DNA of 64,000 bases, taken from the NCBI GenBank assembly GCA_019745975.1, contig JAIESQ010000051.1, positions 255 to 64,254 on the forward strand, given 5' to 3'. This document shows positions 39,304 through 48,897 of this stretch, one piece after another. The notes below the pieces were generated by a model. That model was not told where the DNA came from. It did not search any database and saw only the letters and a list, made by a program, of their open reading frames with translations. A program made the translations under genes and the position numbers. Source of the DNA: Pirellulales bacterium (GTDB lineage: Bacteria > Planctomycetota > Planctomycetia > Pirellulales > JAEUIK01). How positions within the stretch are numbered: position 1 is the first letter of the stretch; every line of letters starts with the position of its first letter.

Positions 39304-41604
39304 TCAGCGTGTGGCGAGTTGCATGGGCGCGATACCGGGGGCGCGCTCTTCGCCGCAAGGCTGCGGCGCCATTCGTGCAGCGGATGATGCTTCGACCGTC
39401 GTCGCCGCTGCTACATCCTTGCGCAAGCGGAGCGAGTTACCGATGACCAGCGCGCTGCTGACGGTCATGGCGACAGCGGCGATGGCCGGATTGAGCCGGC
39501 CCGTGGCCGCCAAGGCCACGCCGACGGCGTTATAGGCAAAGGCCCAAAACAGATTCTGGCGGATCACCGCGGCGGTGCGCCGCGCCAGCGCGATGGCCCA
39601 AGGCACGCGCGGCAGATCGTCGCCCAACAGGCAAACGGCCGCCGACTCGCGGGAAATATCCGCCCCACAGGCCAACGCGATGCCCAGATCGGCCGCGGCC
39701 AAGGCTGGCGCGTCGTTGATCCCGTCCCCCACCATGGCCGTGGCGCCGTGCTCGGCGCGGAATCGCTGCAAAGCGGCGACCTTCTCATCGGGAAGCAACT
39801 CGGCCTCGACGGCAACGTTTAACTCGCGTGCGAGCAAACGGCCGCGAGTTGCCGAGTCACCCGTCAGCACGCGCACCTGGCAACCCAATTGTTCGCAGGC
39901 CGCCAATGCCGCCGGGGCGTCGGCACGCAGCGTTTCGGCAAACATGAAGGCGGCTTGTATTCTCCCCTGCCAGGCGATGGCCGAAATTGATTCGCCGCGT
40001 CGCAATGCCTCGTCAATGCTTTGCGAAAGTGACGCGTCGCATGCCAGTCCCGACGCGGTGAGCCAACGCCAACTGCCCAACCTGGTCGGCTCGTGCTCGC
40101 AGGCAAGGCAAGCCTCGACACCGCTTCCAGCCAGCGAGCGGAATTCGCGACGCTCCAGCGCGCCAGCGTGCGTTGGGTGCTGGCCGGTGAAGTCGCGAAT
40201 CGCGGCGGCGAACACGTGAGTGGAGCCATCGGCCAGCGCCGAAGCGCGGCGCAAGGCTTCCGTACGATTTGCGTCGCTGGCAACAACGAACTCGGCGACA
40301 CGCGGCTGACCGGTGGTGATCGTGCCGGTCTTGTCGAACGCGATCGCGCGGACACTCGCGAGCCGTTCGAGTGCTTCGCCGCTACGAAACAGCACCTGCG
40401 CTTGACTAGCCGTCCCCAGGGCGGCCCAAACGGCCATCGGCGTCGCCAGACCCAGTGCGCACGGGCACGCAATCAAGAGCACCGCCAAAGCCGACATCGT
40501 TCCCGATTCCCAGTCTCCTTGCCAGCCGCGGACGGCCAGCGCACCCAGCGCGACCAGCAACACCGCTGGCAAGAACACGCGGGACACGCGGTCGGCCAGG
40601 CGCTGATACCGGCCACGGCTGAGCCGAGCCGTGCGCACCAGTTCGAGCATTCGCGACAGCGCGCTCGATGCCGGATCGACGGACACATCAATCAGCAGCT
40701 CGCCATTGAGATTCAGGCTACCAGCGAACACGTCATCGCCGCTGGAGCGTTCCTGCGGAGAGCTCTCGCCGGTCAACACGGCAGCGTCGACGGCGGCCTG
40801 GCCCGAGACGATGCGGCCATCGACGGCGATGCGTTCGCCGGCCAATACGCGCACGCGATCGCCGGCCGTGATCGATGCGAGCGGCACGAGTTGTTCGCGG
40901 TCGCGCGATTCCTGTTCGGTGTGCACCCGTCGCACGTCGCTGGGCAACAACCGCTCGAGTGCGTCGAGGGCCGCGGTGGTCTGGAGCTTTCCGGTGGCTT
41001 CGAGCCAGCGCCCCAGCGTAACCATCACGAGCACGATACAACCGACTTCGAAATAGACGTGCCCGGCGCCGCGGACCACGGAGACCACGGAGTAGAGATA
41101 GCTGGCCACGACACCCAACAGAATCAGCAAATCGGACGGCAGCACGCCCCGTCGCCAGAGCGACAACCCCTGTTGAGCCAGCGGCCCGCCGAGCAGAAAC
41201 AGCACGGGCAGACTGAGCAGCAGACATAAGTAGCGAAACAAGTCCGCCAGCGACGCCGCGAGTCGACTTTCGTCGGCGCTCAGTGGATGGTGGATGTCCT
41301 GAGACCAAAGCGCCATCGTGAACATCATGACGTTCAACGACAGAAAGATCGCCAGTCCAAGACGGATGAGCGCTGCCTGCGCGAAACCTTGCTCGCCGCG
41401 CTGGCCAGTGATTTCGGCCGCGAGCCGGCAGCCGAGACAGCAGAACTGCCGCTGGGGTGGTTCGACTGCCCGCCTGCGTCCCCAGGCCACCACCGCCCCG
41501 ACTGGCATCGGCAGGTGGCAGTAATGACACGTGGCCGCCGCGCTGGCAACGGGCAAGTCGGCGACTTGGGCGCCGGGCGATGCCGCCCGCTGGCGAGCGA
41601 TCAT
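39304..41604 (-). CDS. ccoI: Copper-translocating P1B-type ATPase (CcoI/FixI type)
   Basis: An N-terminal Cys-rich domain is present (CHYCHLP...FCCLGCRLAAEI). Other motifs are the TM CPC (IACPCALGLATP), the phosphorylation site FDKTGTIT, and MVGDGINDAPALAAADLGIA. The start was chosen at the ATG of an ATGA overlap (41601-41604). Confidence 0.9.
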   Translation of the reverse strand: MIARQRAASPGAQVADLPVASAAATCHYCHLPMPVGAVVAWGRRRAVEPPQRQFCCLGCRLAAEITGQRGEQGFAQAALIRLGLAIFLSLNVMMFTMALWSQDIHHPLSADESRLAASLADLFRYLCLLLSLPVLFLLGGPLAQQGLSLWRRGVLPSDLLILLGVVASYLYSVVSVVRGAGHVYFEVGCIVLVMVTLGRWLEATGKLQTTAALDALERLLPSDVRRVHTEQESRDREQLVPLASITAGDRVRVLAGERIAVDGRIVSGQAAVDAAVLTGESSPQERSSGDDVFAGSLNLNGELLIDVSVDPASSALSRMLELVRTARLSRGRYQRLADRVSRVFLPAVLLVALGALAVRGWQGDWESGTMSALAVLLIACPCALGLATPMAVWAALGTASQAQVLFRSGEALERLASVRAIAFDKTGTITTGQPRVAEFVVASDANRTEALRRASALADGSTHVFAAAIRDFTGQHPTHAGALERREFRSLAGSGVEACLACEHEPTRLGSWRWLTASGLACDASLSQSIDEALRRGESISAIAWQGRIQAAFMFAETLRADAPAALAACEQLGCQVRVLTGDSATRGRLLARELNVAVEAELLPDEKVAALQRFRAEHGATAMVGDGINDAPALAAADLGIALACGADISRESAAVCLLGDDLPRVPWAIALARRTAAVIRQNLFWAFAYNAVGVALAATGRLNPAIAAVAMTVSSALVIGNSLRLRKDVAAATTVEASSAARMAPQPCGEERAPGIAPMQLATR

Positions 41605-41792
41605 GGAGGACTCGTCAGTTCGATGGAGAGCGCCGGAAAGAGGTACTGCACCGTGTAATAGACGGCGAACGCCCAAAACAGCAGCCAAATCAGCCGCACG
41701 TACCAGGGGATGCGGTTGCCCGCGTAGTGGTGGAAGCGGTGTTCGGCGCCGGCGGCAGCGGGGTCGGCGGTGGTTTTTTCAGCTTCGGCCAT
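41601..41792 (-). CDS. Small single-TM protein in the cbb3 operon (63 aa), hypothetical
   Basis: MAEAEKTT...IPWYVRLIWLLFWAFAVYYTVQYLF. It overlaps its neighbours by 14 nt upstream and 4 nt downstream. It does not match CcoS or CcoQ motifs known to me. Confidence 0.4.
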   Translation of the reverse strand: MAEAEKTTADPAAAGAEHRFHHYAGNRIPWYVRLIWLLFWAFAVYYTVQYLFPALSIELTSPP

Positions 41793-42198
41793 GGCGGCTC
41801 CTGATGGCGTACGGCTCAAGGGCCGCGTCGCGCAGTTTCGCGGCGGAAGTCCAGGGACGCGATTCTCGATCGCCAGCGAGCGCGCTTGCTTCACGCTGGT
41901 CGAGCCAGCATTCGTTTTCGAGCATGGTCTGTTTCGGGCGCTCGATGTCGCGGAACATGCCGTGCCAGACGGCCCAACCGAACAGACACAAAAAGCCTAG
42001 ACTCGCCAGCAGGTAATTCACGATCGGCGTGATGGCGAACACGCCGTCAACGTCGCCGCGATAGAGCGCGATGAACTCGACGAACTTGCTGCCAAACCCG
42101 TACAGGCTGGGGAGCAAAACGGCCAGCGCCAGCAGAAGCATCAACAGGCGATTCGCGCGACGGACGGGTTGCTGGGCAATCATGGTTCGGTTTCGCAT
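41779..42198 (-). CDS. Two-TM membrane protein in the cbb3 operon, hypothetical
   Basis: The hydrophobic helices are LLMLLLALAVLLPSLYGF and IVNYLLASLGFLCLFGWAVW. It lies 48 nt downstream of ccoO. Confidence 0.5.
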   Translation of the reverse strand: MRNRTMIAQQPVRRANRLLMLLLALAVLLPSLYGFGSKFVEFIALYRGDVDGVFAITPIVNYLLASLGFLCLFGWAVWHGMFRDIERPKQTMLENECWLDQREASALAGDRESRPWTSAAKLRDAALEPYAIRSRHGRS

Positions 42199-42246
42199 TT
42201 CGGGAGAGAGACAGTGCGGGAGCGAGATGGGTCACGCCGGGGGGCG

Positions 42247-42903
42247 TTACTTCTCCTTCAAGCGCTCGGCAAGCGGCTGGTAGGCCTCGTAGTCGGGATA
42301 GCTCTCGAGCCAGGAGCCGAGCCACTGGACGTAGGTAATCAATGCCAGGCCGCGCCGGTTGGGTTTGTCGGGCGCGCCGTCGAACAGCCAGGGATACTCA
42401 GGCATCGGCGAAGCGGCCGAGGTGAGCTTGGGCCGGTAGAAGTGCGCGGCATGCCAGTCGTTCGAGCGGCGGCCACCTTCGCGGCAGAGATCGGGCCCGA
42501 CGCGGCGCGTGCCGAACATCACCGGCCGCTGCAGCTCGTTCTGGTATTCCCAAGTGGCGGACACCGGCCCCCAGCGATCTTCTTCGCGCGAAACCGGCCG
42601 CACAAATTGGCTGTGGCAATGCCAGCAGCCTTCGCTGACGTAGATCTGACGACCGAGCCGGAGCGCTTCGGCGCACTGGTCGGTCGTCGGCTCTCCGAAG
42701 TGCTGCTTGAACTGCTCCGGATAGCGATAACTGAGCTCTTCGAACTGATACATCAGGTTCGAGTTCTTGGCCACGAGCTCGGCGGTCGTCTGTTCGGGCA
42801 AGTCGCGATACATGAGCATCGGCACGACCGCGTTGGACAAGAACGCGAACGCGAAGAAGCCCAGCCCGCCGACGAGCAGGACGCCTGATTTTCCTTCGAA
42901 CAT
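42247..42903 (-). CDS. ccoO: cbb3-type cytochrome c oxidase subunit II (mono-heme CcoO)
   Basis: It has an N-terminal anchor helix, the heme motif GCWHCHSQFVRPV, then FGTRRVGPDLCREGGRRSNDWHAAHFYRP...SPMPEYPWLF. Confidence 0.9.
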   Translation of the reverse strand: MFEGKSGVLLVGGLGFFAFAFLSNAVVPMLMYRDLPEQTTAELVAKNSNLMYQFEELSYRYPEQFKQHFGEPTTDQCAEALRLGRQIYVSEGCWHCHSQFVRPVSREEDRWGPVSATWEYQNELQRPVMFGTRRVGPDLCREGGRRSNDWHAAHFYRPKLTSAASPMPEYPWLFDGAPDKPNRRGLALITYVQWLGSWLESYPDYEAYQPLAERLKEK

Positions 42904-42929
42904 CGCAGAAGCTCCCTAAGCGTCGCCAG

Positions 42930-44402
42930 TCAGTTGGCCGCGGTGCCGAGCGGCGCGGCCGCTTCGAGGGGCCGCGCCCCGAGGGCGCGCGACTCGCGCC
43001 AAGTCATGTACAGGTTGTAAAAGAAGCAGATCTGGCCGCCGAGGATCGCCAGGCCAGCGAAGACGCGAACGATCCAGAACGGCTGCGAGCCGTCGACAGA
43101 GACTTCCCAAGGGGCGAGCGAGGCCCAGTAGAAACCTTGAAACACGCCGCCCAGGATCAAATCGGTCGCCATGACGAGCATGCCGCCGGCCGACAGCCAG
43201 TAGTGCCATTCGCACAGCGCGGGACTGTACCACGGGGTGTGCCAGAGCCGCGGGAAGAGGTACGTCATGATCCCCATGAGCCACATCGAAAACACACCGA
43301 ACATCACCAGGTGGGCGTGCCCCACGACCCAATCGGTGAAGTGGATCAAGGCCTGGAACGTGAGCGTCGTCTGCATGGCGCACTGCAGGCACGTCAGGGC
43401 GTAATACACCATGCCGGTATAGAACCAACGAATCGGAAGATTCGTGACGATCTCGCGCCCCGAACCGCGCAGCGTGGCAAAGAAATTGATGATCACCGTC
43501 AACACGACCATCTCGACGGCGACGGTCGAGATGATGGCGCCGTGCTGCAGGAACATCGGAATCGGCGTGTAGAGAAAATGGTGGATCCCATTGAGCGGAT
43601 AGAAGAAGGCCAGGCCCCAGAACCCGACGAGCGACAGGGCATGGCTCCACATCGGCTTGCGCAAGAGGATCGGGACGAAGTAATACATCAACCCCCAGCC
43701 AAGTGGCGTGACAAACAGTCCGACGAGATCGTGAATGAACAGTCCGCCGACGGCGCCCGCGCTCGTGCCGGCCAGCGCGTACTGCGGCAGGAAATTGCCC
43801 ATGGCGTACGTGAGAAAGGTCCAAACGAAGGCGGCCAGGAAGTACCACAACGTGACATACAGCGGACCCGTGGCCTGCATGATCGGCGCCATGAAATTCA
43901 CGGCCACGAGCAGCAGCCCGGCGAGCGCCAAGGGGTCGATCCAGGTGGGGGTCTCGCCCCACTCAAGCCCTTGCGCTCCGAGCGACCAGCGCAGATTCTG
44001 CAGGGCCGGAACGTTGGCCTGGAGCGTCGGCCCGACGACGATGCCCAAGGCGGTCGCGAGCACTACGAATTGCCAGGCGGCGAAAATAAACCACGACAGC
44101 GATTGACTGAGGACGGGCCGCAAGGTCAAGCGCGGCACCGCCCAATGCAGGGCACCCAAAAATGCGTTCGCCAGAAAGCCGTAGGCGATGGCGTTGGTGT
44201 GAATCATCCGCCATCGACCCGGTGACAACAGCTCGATGCCGCGCAGCGGGTTCCAATGGACCAACTGCAGGGCCATGAGCATCCCGGCCAAGAGTGAAAT
44301 GCCCATGAACACCAGGGCCGCGACAAAGTAACTGGCGACCAACCGGCGATCGACCAGCAGGTCGTCGGCAACCGGCGTGGTGGCTCGTTGGGTGTCGATC
44401 AT
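42930..44402 (-). CDS. ccoN: cbb3-type cytochrome c oxidase subunit I (CcoN)
   Basis: It is a 12-TM heme-copper oxidase pattern with conserved His clusters (FLGALHWAVP, GIHHFLYTPIP, DWVVGHAHLVMFGVFSMW). The start was chosen at MIDTQRAT (ATGA overlap 44399-44402) rather than the 592-aa ORF maximum. Confidence 0.9.
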   Translation of the reverse strand: MIDTQRATTPVADDLLVDRRLVASYFVAALVFMGISLLAGMLMALQLVHWNPLRGIELLSPGRWRMIHTNAIAYGFLANAFLGALHWAVPRLTLRPVLSQSLSWFIFAAWQFVVLATALGIVVGPTLQANVPALQNLRWSLGAQGLEWGETPTWIDPLALAGLLLVAVNFMAPIMQATGPLYVTLWYFLAAFVWTFLTYAMGNFLPQYALAGTSAGAVGGLFIHDLVGLFVTPLGWGLMYYFVPILLRKPMWSHALSLVGFWGLAFFYPLNGIHHFLYTPIPMFLQHGAIISTVAVEMVVLTVIINFFATLRGSGREIVTNLPIRWFYTGMVYYALTCLQCAMQTTLTFQALIHFTDWVVGHAHLVMFGVFSMWLMGIMTYLFPRLWHTPWYSPALCEWHYWLSAGGMLVMATDLILGGVFQGFYWASLAPWEVSVDGSQPFWIVRVFAGLAILGGQICFFYNLYMTWRESRALGARPLEAAAPLGTAAN

Positions 44403-45025
44403 GTCCCGTCCGTCTCCAAGCGATAAGGGATGTAGCGACCTAGTCGATAGATCAAGAGCATCGTCCAACCAAACACCAGGTGCGTTAGTGCCGCCACCCA
44501 AGGTGGAACCTGATCGACGATCCACCTCCCGCCAAACAGCATGGGCTGCAACCAGGAGAGAATGCCGTAGAAGTTGACAATCCACAGCGCCAGCGACAGT
44601 GCACTGACGGCGGTCAGCCGAACCGGCGCGGAGAGTTGCGCCAGATAGCGCGTGAGCACGATCTCGAACAGCATCCCGTAGAGCATGCCCGTCGCCAGAT
44701 ACAAACAACAGCCGATGGCCAGGATCAAGCCGTCGTCGACAGCGTCGAAGTGCAGGGCCTGCTCACCCATCGGAAACGTGAGATAGACGCGAATCAACTG
44801 CAAGGGGTGCTGCTCGAAGATCAGCGCGCCGACGATGTTGAACAGCAGACTGCTCATGGCGGCCACGGCACCCAGCAGAAAGCCGGTGGTGGCGTGATAC
44901 GCCGTGTAGTATTCGGTCGCCTGCCAGGGAGGCGCCTCGGGCGCGGCACCGATCACGTCTTCGAGTTCGCGTACTCTGGCGCGCAACGTCTCGAGTTCGC
45001 GTTGTTGCTCTTCGCCGCTAGTCAT
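44399..45025 (-). CDS. Hypothetical multi-pass membrane protein, translationally coupled between the cytochrome c gene and ccoN
   Basis: A coiled N-terminus (QQRELETLRARVRELEDV) is followed by about four hydrophobic helices. ATGA overlaps occur at both ends (45022-45025 and 44399-44402). Confidence 0.55.
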   Translation of the reverse strand: MTSGEEQQRELETLRARVRELEDVIGAAPEAPPWQATEYYTAYHATTGFLLGAVAAMSSLLFNIVGALIFEQHPLQLIRVYLTFPMGEQALHFDAVDDGLILAIGCCLYLATGMLYGMLFEIVLTRYLAQLSAPVRLTAVSALSLALWIVNFYGILSWLQPMLFGGRWIVDQVPPWVAALTHLVFGWTMLLIYRLGRYIPYRLETDGT

Positions 45026-46137
45026 TGGGCCGACTCCTCTTCGGCGGGATTATCCAACGCTACGGGCGGCGCTGGCTTGGGCTCTACCGCGGCGGGAAAC
45101 TGCACGCCATGGCGCCGCTGATCGGAGAGCTGCAGGACGTAGTGCACGAGGTACCACGTGGCGTCCGGATCAGCAGCCAGGATGTCCTTAAAGGCGGGCA
45201 TCGGCGTGCCGTTGATGCCGGCATGAATGCGGCGATACACATCGACCGGCAGATTGCCGCCGTGCAGCATGCCCGACGTCAGGTCCGCGGCTGCGGTTTT
45301 CTGTCCCCAGGCATCGACGCCAACCTCGATGCCGCCGGCCAGTCCCCCGCGCCCGTCGCGACCGTGACACTTGAAGCACTCGCGCTTCTGAAAGATCTCC
45401 TGTCCCTTGGCGACGGACTCGGGAGTGAAGGCTGGCATCTTCACGACCGGTTCAACGATCTGTTCGTCGGCTGCGCGCCATTGGTCGACGATGCTCTGAG
45501 CCAACTCTTGCACGCCGTCGTCGGTCAGTTCGCCGTCGCTGTCGGCTTGAGCGGCCAGCAGAATTTCCAGTTCACCGCGGTGTGTCAGCGCTAGCACGTA
45601 GTCGACCACCGCGTCGAGGTCTTTCTTTTCCAGCCGTGCGAAGGATGGCATCGAGGTGCCGGTCACGCCGCGCGTGACCGTGCGGACCAGATCCTCGCGG
45701 CGCGGCTTGTTGCCGTAGCCTGTCGATGTGAATTTGAAGACCCCCTTGCGATAGTCGCGTGGCTTGGGTGAGAGATACTCGGCCGCCGGGCCCGCGCCGT
45801 CGCCGCTGGGGCCATGACATTGCTGGCAGTTCTGGCGGTAGACTTCGGCGCCATGTTGGAGATGGGCGTTGAGCTTGATTTCTCCACCGAAGGCTTCCGG
45901 CTCGGCTCCTAAGAGTTTGGGTCTTACGGGGGTGCCCGTCTGTGCGGCCAAGTGCTGCTGTACCGCTTGTTGCAACTGTGCGTCGAGCGCAGCGACCTCG
46001 GGGCTGACAACAAACTTGGGCTCGGCCACCCGCTCGCAGCCGCTCAAGAGCGCCAAGGACGCCGCCGGGATGCCGATTTGGCGTAACCAACGCGACGTTC
46101 GCAAGTCACCGCGTGGTGTTCGTGACTCGGACTTCAT
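45022..46137 (-). CDS. Di-heme c-type cytochrome lipoprotein (CcoP-like role)
   Basis: It has a lipobox LALLSGC and two CxxCH motifs (CQQCHG and CFKCHG). It is the first gene of the cbb3 gene string. Confidence 0.8.
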   Translation of the reverse strand: MKSESRTPRGDLRTSRWLRQIGIPAASLALLSGCERVAEPKFVVSPEVAALDAQLQQAVQQHLAAQTGTPVRPKLLGAEPEAFGGEIKLNAHLQHGAEVYRQNCQQCHGPSGDGAGPAAEYLSPKPRDYRKGVFKFTSTGYGNKPRREDLVRTVTRGVTGTSMPSFARLEKKDLDAVVDYVLALTHRGELEILLAAQADSDGELTDDGVQELAQSIVDQWRAADEQIVEPVVKMPAFTPESVAKGQEIFQKRECFKCHGRDGRGGLAGGIEVGVDAWGQKTAAADLTSGMLHGGNLPVDVYRRIHAGINGTPMPAFKDILAADPDATWYLVHYVLQLSDQRRHGVQFPAAVEPKPAPPVALDNPAEEESAQ

Positions 46138-46731
46138 GCCAATCCTCGAGCTGAACCCTGGTCCGGACGGTTCGTGTGCGTGGTTCAGGTCGTCCGGATG
46201 CGTGCCGTGCGAACGCACTTTGAGTGCCAAGACTGCTGTCGCCCGGCGTCGTTGCCTGGCCGTGGTTGGCTGGACTGACGCCGCACTTGCGAAGCAAGCG
46301 GTTTTTTCGGTTCAAACTGGCAGAACTCGCCGCCGCGCAGCCGCGACAAAACTGTCCGGCACAGGTAGGGCCGGCGTGCGAATCCGCACACCGAGCTGGG
46401 CGGAGTCGGCGCGTCGCGCGCTTTGCTGGCAGTGGTTGGCTAGATCGTTGCCAATCCCCGCACGCTCAGAAGAGATGCTGATAAGGACAAACGCGACAGC
46501 GAATTCGCGTCGGCCAATGCACGAACTGGCGCGCGGTAGCGATGGCTCGAATCGACAACGCTTACAACGGCGTGAAAAGTGCACGCGCGTGCGGGTCTGT
46601 AATTGCAAGGTCCCACGCTCTTGAAATGAAAGACGCGTGTCCCGCTCTTAGCAATCCGAAACAAGGAATCTACTGACGCGGCTCGAGCCGCCCTATCGGC
46701 CCCCTCAGTTTCCCTTGCAGGTGATGGCAAC

Positions 46732-48567
46732 ATGAAGTTCACTCGCAAATTGACGACGCTCGTGGCAATGTCCGGGCTGCTTGTTGTCTTAACGAATCGC
46801 GAATTGACAGCCGCGACTGGCGAAACACCGCACATTGGTCACAAGATCGAGGGCTTCACGCTCAAGGACTACAACGGCAAGGTTCACTCGCTTGATCGAC
46901 TGGCCGATCGCGAGGCCGTGGTTGTCGTATTTCTTGGAGTCGAGTGTCCGCTGGTGAAGCTCTACGCACCGCGGCTCACGACGCTGTCGAAGCGGTTTGG
47001 CGTGCTAGGCGTCGCCTTCCTGGCGATCGACTCGAATTGCCAAGACTCGCTGGCGGAAATGGAACATTTTGCCCGCTCGCATTCGCTGGGGATTCCGTTT
47101 TTGAAGGACGTCGGCAACGAGGTGGCGGATCAGTTTCAGGCCGAGCGCACGCCGGAAGTCTTCGTGCTCGATCGCAATCGCGTGGTGCGCTATCGAGGCC
47201 GGATCGACGATCAGTACGGATTTCAGTCTGGTGTCGGATATCAACGACCATCGGCGACCGAGCACGATTTGGCCAACGCGCTGGAAGATTTGCTGGCGGG
47301 TCGCGACGTGCGCCTGGCTCAGACGCACGCGCCTGGCTGCCTGATTGGTCGTGCGCAAACGACGCAGGGGGACTCGCCAGTCACGTACGCCAACCAGATC
47401 GCCCGCATCTTCCAGAACCGTTGCCAGAATTGTCACCGCGAGGGAGAAATTGGCCCGTTTGCCATGTCGAGCTACGACGAGGTTGTGGGTTGGGCCCCGA
47501 TGATTGGCGAAGTGGTTCGCGAGGGGCGCATGCCCCCTTGGCACGCCAGTCCAAAGTATGGCAAGTTCGCCAATGACAGCCGGCTCAGCGACGAAGAGCG
47601 CGAACAGATTCTGACCTGGGTCGAACGCGGCGCTCCTCTGGGCGATATCAGCGAGTTGCCGCCACCGCGTTCCTATACGGTTGGCTGGCAGATTCCTCAG
47701 CCTCACCAAATCGTGCCGATGAGCGACAAACCGTTCCTGGTGCCGGCCACGGGCAAGGTCGAGTATCAGTACTTCGTGGCGGATCCCAAGTTCACTGAAG
47801 ACAAATGGGTGCAGGCGTGTGAATGTCGGCCGGGCAATCGAGGTGTCGTGCATCACATCATTGTCTTCATCGTTCCGCCGGGCGAAGAGCCGAAGCGCAT
47901 GGCCGAAGGGACCGCCACGCGGCATTTGCTGGCTGGCACCGCGCCGGGCAATCCGCCGACGGTGTATCCGGCCGGCATGGCCAAGCTTGTGAAGGCGGGC
48001 TCGCGATTCTTGTTCCAGATGCACTACACGTCAAACGGTCGCGAGCAGGAGGACATGAGCACGATCGGCCTGATTTTCGCCGATCCGGCCAGCATCACGC
48101 GCGAAGTGCGCACCGATCTGGCGATCAATCCATTCTTTGAAGTGCCGGCCGAAGCGGGCAACTTCCCGGTGGAGTCGTTCAAGAAGTTTCGCCAGGATAC
48201 GCTGCTGCTGGGCCTGATGCCGCACATGCATTTGCGCGGCAAGGCCTTCCGTTACACGGTCGAATACCCGGACGGTCGCGAGGAGATTCTACTCGACATT
48301 CCGCAATACGATTTCAATTGGCAGAACAGTTATCAGTTCGCCGAGCCAAAGCTCGTGCCGAAGGGTTCGCGGCTGCACTGCGTGGCCCACTTCGACAATT
48401 CGGCGGAGAACCTGGCAAATCCAGATCCGTCCAACCCAGTTCGCTGGGGCGAGCAGACCTGGGAGGAAATGATGATCGGCTGGTTCGAGCGCGCACCCGC
48501 CAACGAACGCGAACCGGTGGCCGAAGTGGTGAGCGAAAACGGCGCGGAGCCGAACCAGCCGAATTAG
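46732..48567 (+). CDS. Secreted fusion of a redoxin (AhpC/TSA-like), a cytochrome c motif and a Cu-monooxygenase-like C-terminal domain
   Basis: The signal peptide is MKFTRKLTTLVAMSGLLVVL. The redoxin domain reads VVVVFLGVECPLVKLY...TPEVFVLDRNRVVRYRGRIDD. The heme motif is CQNCHREGEIGPF...MPPW. The His-rich beta domain reads GVVHHIIVF...HMHLRGKAF. Confidence 0.7.
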   Translation: MKFTRKLTTLVAMSGLLVVLTNRELTAATGETPHIGHKIEGFTLKDYNGKVHSLDRLADREAVVVVFLGVECPLVKLYAPRLTTLSKRFGVLGVAFLAIDSNCQDSLAEMEHFARSHSLGIPFLKDVGNEVADQFQAERTPEVFVLDRNRVVRYRGRIDDQYGFQSGVGYQRPSATEHDLANALEDLLAGRDVRLAQTHAPGCLIGRAQTTQGDSPVTYANQIARIFQNRCQNCHREGEIGPFAMSSYDEVVGWAPMIGEVVREGRMPPWHASPKYGKFANDSRLSDEEREQILTWVERGAPLGDISELPPPRSYTVGWQIPQPHQIVPMSDKPFLVPATGKVEYQYFVADPKFTEDKWVQACECRPGNRGVVHHIIVFIVPPGEEPKRMAEGTATRHLLAGTAPGNPPTVYPAGMAKLVKAGSRFLFQMHYTSNGREQEDMSTIGLIFADPASITREVRTDLAINPFFEVPAEAGNFPVESFKKFRQDTLLLGLMPHMHLRGKAFRYTVEYPDGREEILLDIPQYDFNWQNSYQFAEPKLVPKGSRLHCVAHFDNSAENLANPDPSNPVRWGEQTWEEMMIGWFERAPANEREPVAEVVSENGAEPNQPN

Positions 48568-48897
48568 GCGCCGATGTGCCCTGACCAGGGTTCAAGTTTG
48601 ACGGCTATGACGGTGGTGCCGTGCGAGCTGGTTCTCATCAAACGAACGGTCCTGCCGAAGCCGATGCTTAAACCGCCTGAAGCGGTGTGCATGGACCTCG
48701 CCGGACGGCGGCCTTGGATGTGTCCCACGGCCGATCCCGCCAAGTACACCCACTGTCGCCAAGGGGCGTAACCGCTAATCCCGCGCGGGGCCTGCTCGCG
48801 ACTGCTTGCTGGCAGCAAGCTGGCAGTCGTCTGCAGAAACGGCCCGAAACGATGACGCGCGGGTGATGTCAGCGGGCAACAAGGTGGATGGCAAAAC

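Noticed and set aside
44403-44708. A 102-codon N-terminal extension of the ccoN ORF.
   Set aside because: The extension is Arg/Ala-rich and overlaps the upstream membrane-protein gene. The internal Met at 44402 gives a canonical CcoN N-terminus and an ATGA coupling.
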